From assembly GCA_030697645.1 (NCBI GenBank), contig JAUYPI010000004.1, positions 1,141 to 65,140 of the forward strand: 64,000 nt of DNA, in the 5' to 3' direction. The DNA comes from a bacterium. GTDB lineage: Bacteria; Patescibacteriota; Minisyncoccia; Phycocordibacterales; VMGT01. Below, piece after piece: positions 58,101-64,000 of this stretch. The translations under genes were made by a program, and so were the position numbers. Under the pieces are notes generated by a model that saw only the letters and a program-made list of their open reading frames with translations, ran no database searches and was not told where the DNA came from. The number at the start of each line of letters is the position of its first letter. The first letter of the stretch is position 1.

Positions 58101-58304
58101 GAGATTGATTTCGTCGAACCGGACGCTCGGGGCCGCTACCATCGCGAGCGGTTTGAAATAAGCGGCGAGGACGTCATGGCTCTTGCGGCGGAAATTGAGC
58201 GTGTCGTCCGCGACATCTGGTCGCTTTCGTTCTGGGAGCGGCGCTGCGAGGAGCGTGGATGTGAATACTGCGCGCTCCGTGAGCTGATGGGAGGAGCTCT
58301 CTGA
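55173..58304 (+). CDS. UvrD/PcrA-type helicase with C-terminal PD-(D/E)XK nuclease (AdnB/AddA-like)
   Basis: AGPGTGKT, DEHQD, GDDKQAIFRF, ENYRS, ERRLFYVALTRAR, DKV...DYKTG, C-terminal Cys cluster. Confidence 0.92.
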   Translation: MGEPRTSAVFEKFYRALNPEQRRAVEAIEGPVMVVAGPGTGKTHLLTMRIANILRLTDTPPESILALTFTDSAAHAMRERLLEIIGTAAYRVHISTFHGFCNDVIRRFPGEFARIVGSTPASEADQLRIMENVIADETLTLEHLRPYGNPFYYVRAALSAIHELKRDSVRPEEARAALEREERTLAESPDRLYESGRYQGLVRASFRAREKQLARHRELLLLYEGYERSLRAEARFDYEDMVMEAARALERSEDLLLELEERYLYILADEHQDANLAQEKLLTLLSSFHERPNLFVVGDDKQAIFRFQGASAANFASFSERYPDALVIDLRENYRSRQRILDAAASAIMHSPESVLRPRAALRAARGEGEPVKVAVLASPAHEALFVAQEVRRLLTALVAPEEIAVIYRDNRDAEAFVSLFERLGIPYTRYSDQNALTDPLLRQLVMLLRAVSTPQSDEYLSRSLFLEFLGIDHLEVYALFERYEALRRTRREASLRRSDERLIHLLRRTPGAAPLEPISTDGAPRSLTSFAQLLNSWASFAKSRGLLETLELIVRESGFLVSLLGSPEGYERIRKLEGLITELARAVPGHRGYGLSEALRHLDILERYGVSLRSGGEAKGPPGVVLLTAHKAKGLEFSHVFIVRAAEGHWGGRRVVEHFPPMRAVAAERGARAASESSAENELCDERRLFYVALTRARESVTITHARAGDDGRARLPSRFLEEIDPAHLRRVDTALLEESLERERRGLFGARELSGRLPALSDRAFLRERFRTQGLSVTAINNYLACPWRYFFENLIRVPRAPNRHQLYGIAVHSALREMFDALGRETKMSEKEFLASFERALARTPLSEGDFAVSKEKGRRALSGYYRAYEAVMTAPLRTEMRIGGVAFEGAQSDEKDDAPPRVMLVGVLDKVELFESGSNRLLVTDYKTGRPRSRNDIEGKTKTSQGEYKRQLVFYKLLLDRFEEGRFKMHAGEIDFVEPDARGRYHRERFEISGEDVMALAAEIERVVRDIWSLSFWERRCEERGCEYCALRELMGGAL

Positions 58305-58442
58305 GAGACGCCTCCGACGGTATCAGCTCACCGGGCTGAGTAACGGCTCAACGACCGTGTCGATTTTGAGATATTTTGTGATGATATCAAAAAACGAGTA
58401 GACAAGCTGCTCTTTAAATATACTTCCTTTGTGATGGCTCAG

Positions 58443-58631
58443 GTAACCGCTCACACCTACCACAAGACTGTCTAACAGGGCCGTCATTGCGAGGAGCGAA
58501 ACGGAGTGGAGCGATCCCACGCTATGCTCTGGACAGGCTCCGCAATCCAGAATTACGGCTCAGCAACTGGATTGTTTCCTGCCTACCGGCAGGCAGGCGC
58601 TCCGCTCGCAATGACGGGTGTGAGTGATTAC
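58443..58631 (+). mobile_element. IS66-like MITE with CGTC REP and nested palindrome
   Basis: GTAACCGCTCAC/GTGAGTGATTAC ends; contains cctgcctaccggcaggcagg. Confidence 0.7.
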
Positions 58632-58639
58632 GGCTAGAG

Positions 58640-58809
58640 GTAAGTGCTCACACCCGTCTTTGCGAGCGACTGAAAGGAGCGAAGCAATCCAGGGGTTTTA
58701 CGTTACTCGCTCTGGATTGCGGAGCCTGTCCAGAGCATAGCGTGGGATCGCTCCGCTCCTCGCAAAGACGGCTCTGTTACGAGGCCTTGCGAGGGGTGTG
58801 AGTGATTAC
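58640..58809 (-). mobile_element. IS66-like MITE, inverted twin of 54836-55006
   Basis: Perfect 8-bp direct repeat GGCTAGAG at 58632-58639 and 58810-58817. Confidence 0.8.
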
Positions 58810-58897
58810 GGCTAGAGAGGTAGACATCAAATAAAAATAGTGGTATATATAAACAGGATAAGCGTCGGATAACTCTCTTACAAGAGGAGGAGCAAGG

Positions 58898-59380
58898 ATG
58901 GAACAGCAGAATAGTCGTACAGGGTTTCCGTTTTCATGGTGGGGTGTTATCTGTGGCACAGCGATGGTGGGGATATTTTTTGATTTGCATAAGTATGTCA
59001 CCGGGCCGCCATACAAGGCGTTGATCGCCCCGCTCCTCGGGACGCTCGTGCCACGCGATCCGTTGGTCACGATCGCCTGGCTCGTCATTATCACGCTGCC
59101 TCTCTCTTGGTTTTGGGTACGTGCACTGATGCGGCGGAACTATGAAAACGCATTCTGTTGTACATACTCGTTTGCGGTCACGCTGGTGCCGTGGACGTGG
59201 GGACTTTTGAGCATTCCGGTGAACTTTCTTCTGCCGAGCTCCGCTGGCATAGTGGTCAGCATCCTAGACGCCGTATTGCTCACCGTGTGGTTCGTGGTGA
59301 TTTCAGTTGTCACGGTTGTATCCTCTACGATAATTGAGCGGGTTCGTGTGCGGCTGGGGCATGACGGCTTACCTCAATAG
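58898..59380 (+). CDS. Hypothetical membrane protein
   Basis: Four TM helices, SD GAGGAGG. Confidence 0.7.
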   Translation: MEQQNSRTGFPFSWWGVICGTAMVGIFFDLHKYVTGPPYKALIAPLLGTLVPRDPLVTIAWLVIITLPLSWFWVRALMRRNYENAFCCTYSFAVTLVPWTWGLLSIPVNFLLPSSAGIVVSILDAVLLTVWFVVISVVTVVSSTIIERVRVRLGHDGLPQ

Positions 59381-59550
59381 TCGTGCATTGCCACCTTTTT
59401 CCAACAGGTATATATGTGCCGCGCCGAGCAACCTCAGCGCGGTATTTTTGTGCAAGCGGGAGAAGGTTGCGGAAAAAATAATTCCTGGTATATTCCGATA
59501 AGTCTCGGGAAGCTCCTTGATACTCTCTCCCTCCAAAGAAAGGGACGTTT

Positions 59551-60621
59551 ATGGCGGCAGATTTTCTCATGGCGTTGTCGCCCACGTTTTGCAAAAAAAC
59601 AAGGAAAACCGCTCCAAGAAAAATACTCATCGTAGCGCACCTGACAGATCACTATGAGCTCCCAGAAGGCGGGGCTGACAGAGTCGTGGCATCGCTCATG
59701 GAAGAAGGGTATGCGCACCCGCTGCCGTTAAACAGGTCAGCGGTTTATGAAGATCGGGATCATTATCGGACTGCATATCGCTATCTCAATGCCGATTCGG
59801 AGCTCCGAAGCCACATGGATGCCATGCTCTCCCAAGGGAAGGCTCTGGGAGATTATCTGGGTATCCGATCCCTGCTCTATGATCACCCAGAAATTCAAAC
59901 GTGGCAGGATGTGCAGGAGAAACTTTTTGCCCTGCCGGTGTCTCCTGCTCCACCACCAGCTCTGGCTCCGCCCGCCACAGAAGTTTCGGCGGATAAGATT
60001 CTCGCAGAGATTTTCCCTCCGCCGACGAAACTGGATGGCAAACTGGAGGGCATCAGAGCTTCGGTTGAACGCTTCCGTGAAAGTCTCGAGGGGTGGATGC
60101 ATACCCTGCAGACGGAAGCGAGAGAAACACAGGAGCAGATGCGTCACCTGGCACGGGAAAATGCTCTCCTGCGCGCACGGCTTATGGAGTACGCACAGTC
60201 CGGAGACAACGCGCGCGCGGCGGCCGACATCATAGAGAACGCGGTCTCTGATCTGACGAATTTCTTCTCGATTGCCAGTTGTGGCCTTCCTGGCCATACC
60301 AGTATATCGGCTAGTAAAGGCGGCTGGGCCGGAGAGTTTGCCCTCTCCTATGGCGAGGATTTTCAGGATCGATTCTTCGGGGGCTATCTCGCGGTACACG
60401 AGAGAACGCAGGTCGTAAAAGCGCTCAACAACTTTGCTGCGGAAGGACGCTTCTATCCCGGCCTCAACACGAAGAAGTTTGTGCGGCGACTGCCCGGAGT
60501 ACCGATGGGAATTCGCGGGTATCACTATTCGCGTGCAGCGGATGACATACGCTTTACGTGGAAGCAAATCAGTGGCGTGATTTACGTCTTTAACGTCCAC
60601 AAAAAAAATGAACTTGATTGA
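59551..60621 (+). CDS. Coiled-coil protein with C-terminal RelE/ParE-like domain
   Basis: C-terminal LSYGEDF...YPGLNTKK...SRAADDIRFTW...IYVFNV pattern. Confidence 0.55.
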   Translation: MAADFLMALSPTFCKKTRKTAPRKILIVAHLTDHYELPEGGADRVVASLMEEGYAHPLPLNRSAVYEDRDHYRTAYRYLNADSELRSHMDAMLSQGKALGDYLGIRSLLYDHPEIQTWQDVQEKLFALPVSPAPPPALAPPATEVSADKILAEIFPPPTKLDGKLEGIRASVERFRESLEGWMHTLQTEARETQEQMRHLARENALLRARLMEYAQSGDNARAAADIIENAVSDLTNFFSIASCGLPGHTSISASKGGWAGEFALSYGEDFQDRFFGGYLAVHERTQVVKALNNFAAEGRFYPGLNTKKFVRRLPGVPMGIRGYHYSRAADDIRFTWKQISGVIYVFNVHKKNELD

Positions 60622-60810
60622 GGGACACAACAGCGCCTCGCCGCTATGCGGCGAGGCGCGTACCAATTACGGACGAAGCCATGATCGCTTGGCTTTTTCT
60701 CTATCATGCTCCCCCTTTACGCATTTTTTGACAAATAATACCGGTTTGTATATAGTCTGGAGGTGGGCAGCTAATGTATTCGATCAGGAAATCCGAAAAA
60801 GGAGGATTCC

Positions 60811-61599
60811 GTGGACCGTTTTTTAAGTTTCCCAATAGTGGTTCTTTTGATACTGATGCCGTTCTCTTCTGTTTGGGCAGAGGGGGACGCACGCCTTCCG
60901 ACGCACGCAGAGCTCGTCGGGGCGCTCGTCGAGGCATGCAAAAAAGGAGTCAACAATGGCGCAATTTTCTCACCAGCCCAGATGTGGGCTGCGATAGTGG
61001 ATCGCTCTGGTCAGGTTGTCGCCGTCGCAAAGACGCCCGGCGCAGATCCCTGGCCCGGCAGTCGGCCGATTGCGATGCAGAAGGCAAACACGGCCAATGC
61101 GTTCAGCAATCGAAACCTGGCTCTCTCCACGGCCAATCTGTACAGCGCGGTGCAACCTGGCGGCAGCCTCTACGGGCTGCAACATAGCAACCCAGTCAAT
61201 GTCGCTATCGCGTATGGAGGGAAGGCAGATAAATACGGCACTACCCAGGATCCTGCGGTGGGGAAGCGTGTTGGTGGCATCAATGTCTTTGGTGGAGGAT
61301 TACCTCTCTACCATCAAAGGACTGGTGAGGTATTGGGCGCAATCGGGGTCAGCGGCGATTCTTCGTGTGCTGACCACGTCATTGCGTGGCGCGTCCGTCA
61401 TACTCTCGGCTTCCGCATGCTTCCGGGCGGTGTCAACAAGACATCGTACGGAGGAGCATCGGCGCCACAGGCCGGTGATGACAACATCATCTATGCAGAG
61501 AGTGGCTTTCGCCACCCTGCCTGCGGTTTTAAGGAAACGAGCGTAAACGATCTGCCTTCAGTACAGAACCTTACCAAGCCCGTTGCGAGCAAGAAGTAA
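60811..61599 (+). CDS. Secreted GlcG/HbpS family heme-binding protein
   Basis: AIVDRSG, IAMQKANTA, FGGGLPL, GAIGVSGD. Confidence 0.88.
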   Translation: MDRFLSFPIVVLLILMPFSSVWAEGDARLPTHAELVGALVEACKKGVNNGAIFSPAQMWAAIVDRSGQVVAVAKTPGADPWPGSRPIAMQKANTANAFSNRNLALSTANLYSAVQPGGSLYGLQHSNPVNVAIAYGGKADKYGTTQDPAVGKRVGGINVFGGGLPLYHQRTGEVLGAIGVSGDSSCADHVIAWRVRHTLGFRMLPGGVNKTSYGGASAPQAGDDNIIYAESGFRHPACGFKETSVNDLPSVQNLTKPVASKK

Positions 61600-62005
61600 C
61601 TATCGTTTGCTGCCCACCATGTTTGAGACGGCCGCTACACTACCTGTAGCGGCCGTATTCTGTGTCGCACTACTGGATCACAGGCAAAAGCACTGGCAAG
61701 GAGGCGGGCGGCGTACGTCTTTGCGAGCGGAGCGAAGCAATCCAGGGCGATGACCTACAATTCTCTCGACACGTCTCTCGCTTGGGCGCACACTACGGTG
61801 TTGTTTGACACCTCCCCGATGCTCTCGTCTACTCCGCTATCCACACCCCGCGCACAGTTTTTCCCCTTGACGCTTGAAGCGCAGAAGCTGATGATGTTGA
61901 TATAACGCATTGAATCACCGCGCGCGGCTCCTGCATGTATGTAGAGAGTGGGTTGTCCTGTATTAATAACAGCCGTGCCGTCGTTCATTCGTTTCCCATG
62001 GACGT

Positions 62006-62140
62006 ATGCTATTCAAGAGCACAACTGCACTGCTTGTTACCCTTGCGACTCTGGTTGCACTGCCGCTTATTTCCGCTCTCGAAGCCCACGTGCTCAACGT
62101 CACGGCGCAGATATGGAAATGCGCTCACCGTGCCGGTGAA
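62006..62140 (+). pseudogene. Probable 5' remnant paralogous to the gene at 62349
   Basis: Signal peptide plus ISALEAHVLNVTAQI matches FSAFEAHIINVTARI; the frame then runs into a terminator. Confidence 0.55.
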
Positions 62141-62230
62141 AAGACAGGAATCCGAACTCGCGTTCTCGCAGGAGGGACGCGAGTTGTCGTTTTCAGTTGC
62201 GCGCTCGGGCTCTTTCCTCTGGTGGTATAT

Positions 62231-62270
62231 AAAAAAACTCCAGCCGTTTTGACGCGGCTGGAGTTTTTTT
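62231..62270. terminator. Bidirectional terminator
   Basis: aaaaaaactccagccg-ttttgacg-cggctggagttttttt. Confidence 0.75.
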
Positions 62271-62348
62271 ATGTGCGCTCTGGCTTCGGTGCCTTAGGGT
62301 CGAACATTATTCGTTAATAACGTAAAAAAGAAAAGTCGCTATAAAAAT

Positions 62349-63278
62349 ATGAAGAAATTACTTTTTCGCGCGGCAGTCGGCATTGGCACGCTCGGCGTCA
62401 TTGTCGGCGGCGCAGCGGCATTCAGCGCGTTTGAGGCGCACATCATCAACGTGACGGCGAGGATTGAGAATGCCTTGAGTGTGAATGAAGGTCCGATTGA
62501 GTTCGGCACCGTGTTCCCGCAGGAACTTCTTGTCCACGACTTGCACGTAGTGATGTCTGACTCTTTCGACGGGGAAAATCGAGTTGATGACATTAACTAT
62601 GTGATCAAGCAAAAGCCGAAGGTGAAACGCTGCATTGAAACTCGAGGTGACCTCGACCCTGTGACCACGATCCTGCGTTGCCGGCAAGAGCTCGATGCGA
62701 CGCGCAAGCCAATTGACCCGAACGACGCGCCGGAGCCAGGCGATCCGCACGCAATGATTCATCCCACAGGCCACGATGCGGGCATTGTTGCCTGGAAGTA
62801 TTGCGAGGAAAACTTACCACTAGACGCGCCGTATGGTGCGAGCGTAGATCCAACTCACGAGTATTGGAGATATTGCTATTTGCCACTCGCAAATTATCTC
62901 TCCAAGCACGAAAGGACCGTCGATGGTACGCCAGATAACGATCCGAAACCGAATGTTCCCGCTTTCCACCAGGCGTATACATGGGATACAGGCAGCCCTG
63001 AGCTCGATCCTGCCTACATCGCCAAGGGCCGATTGGCTAAAAGCCAGAACGACAAAGCTGATCTGTGGAACATTGATTTGCGAGTTCCGTGTTTTGTTAA
63101 TCAGTGCGACCAGGATGCGGACAATCCACTCAACGATGACACCGACGAGTTCCCCGGTTTCTATGTTCCATTCGAATTCAGACTCCCGAGTCACCTTGAA
63201 CACAAGGTCTTTGGAACTGATCTGTGGGTAGAAGTGACCGAGATCAGTCGGTCAGCGGTAGCGGGGGGGGGGTCATAA
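62349..63278 (+). CDS. Secreted protein (FSAFEAH..NVTA.I family)
   Basis: Signal peptide, IEFGTVFPQE, DLWVEVTEIS C-terminus. Confidence 0.75.
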   Translation: MKKLLFRAAVGIGTLGVIVGGAAAFSAFEAHIINVTARIENALSVNEGPIEFGTVFPQELLVHDLHVVMSDSFDGENRVDDINYVIKQKPKVKRCIETRGDLDPVTTILRCRQELDATRKPIDPNDAPEPGDPHAMIHPTGHDAGIVAWKYCEENLPLDAPYGASVDPTHEYWRYCYLPLANYLSKHERTVDGTPDNDPKPNVPAFHQAYTWDTGSPELDPAYIAKGRLAKSQNDKADLWNIDLRVPCFVNQCDQDADNPLNDDTDEFPGFYVPFEFRLPSHLEHKVFGTDLWVEVTEISRSAVAGGGS

Positions 63279-63299
63279 TACTCGCCCGATAGGCGTTAA

Positions 63300-63471
63300 G
63301 TAACCGCTCACGCCTATCACCACACTGCTTAACAGAGCCGTCATTGCGAGGAGCGGAACGGAGGGAGCGATCCCACGCTATGCTCTGCTCTGGACAGGCT
63401 CCGCAATCCAGAATTATGCGCAAAAACTGGATTGCTTCGCTCCGCTCGCAATGACGAGCGTGAGCGCTTAC
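63300..63471 (+). mobile_element. IS66-like MITE with CGTC REP
   Basis: GTAACCGCTCAC/GTGAGCGCTTAC; flanks ggcgttaa/gccgttaa. Confidence 0.75.
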
Positions 63472-63663
63472 GCCGTTAATCCTTCACGAATCCGGCCTCT
63501 CTTTTTTGAGGGGCTGGGAGGTGAGGGATTGAGAGGAAATGTCTGTGAATGACGAAATTGCCGACGGAGACAGCCGAGTCGTACATTCGAAGCACGAAAT
63601 ACGAAACTAAACTTTGGCAAATTTCGTCATTGCGAGCGAAGCGAAGCAATCCAGGGGAATGTT

Positions 63664-63954
63664 CTACAATTCGTTCGACAAGTCTCGCCACGTCGGATTC
63701 ATCGCCTCGACAAGCGCAAGCTTCTTCTTCCGAGAACCACCTTTGATCTGTTTCTCACGGGATATGGCAGCATACATTGTCTCATGCACTTCGTAATATA
63801 CGAGAGTATGTACATGGTATTTTTTTGTAAATCCGTCCACTGCTTCCGACCGATGTTCCTGCAACCGTCTTTGCAGATGCGATGTTACCCCAGTGTACAA
63901 CGTGCCGTTTCGTCGGCTCGCAAGGATGTACACACATGGGATCATTCCTGACAT
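63664..63954 (-). CDS. GIY-YIG nuclease (small, YhbQ-like) flanked by inverted CGTC REP halves
   Basis: VYILAS..NGTLYTGVT, FTKKY, AISREKQIK, NPTWRDL; TATAAT lies 6 nt before the ATG. Confidence 0.93.
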   Translation of the reverse strand: MSGMIPCVYILASRRNGTLYTGVTSHLQRRLQEHRSEAVDGFTKKYHVHTLVYYEVHETMYAAISREKQIKGGSRKKKLALVEAMNPTWRDLSNEL

Positions 63955-64000
63955 ACGGTGATTATATACTAAACCCTGGATTGCTTCGCTCCGCTCGCAA

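Overview
Chromosomal segment of a high-GC bacterium, most likely Patescibacteria/CPR (Parcubacteria-like). This is inferred from gene content: large secreted repeat proteins, a membrane-anchored Clp-like ATPase, a fragmented ribosomal gene order and leaderless promoters. Housekeeping genes include holB-like, frr, rseP, rpsA, miaA, rpsL-rpsG, rplJ-rplL, secY, iscS, and UvrD and PIF1-like helicases, plus three tRNAs (Leu-TAG, Arg-CCT, and Phe-GAA split by a 291-nt group I intron with an HTH/LAGLIDADG-like gene directly upstream). The intergenic space is crowded with small palindromic elements. (i) Six copies of a 177-bp fully fold-back MITE with 3-bp AWT target duplications and compensatory substitutions. 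(ii) Five IS66-like MITEs (GTAA ends, 8-bp duplications) carrying CGTC-type REPs; the same REP flanks a GIY-YIG gene. (iii) A RAYT transposase with REPs on both sides and inside its own ORF. (iv) About ten 7-mer-periodic palindromes, eight of which share an AAACACGAC-type apex despite different arm sequences. (v) Inverted copies of tRNA 3' ends directly behind two tRNAs. No CRISPR array, rRNA, integrase or reverse transcriptase was seen. All calls come from reading the sequence by eye; no database searches were run.
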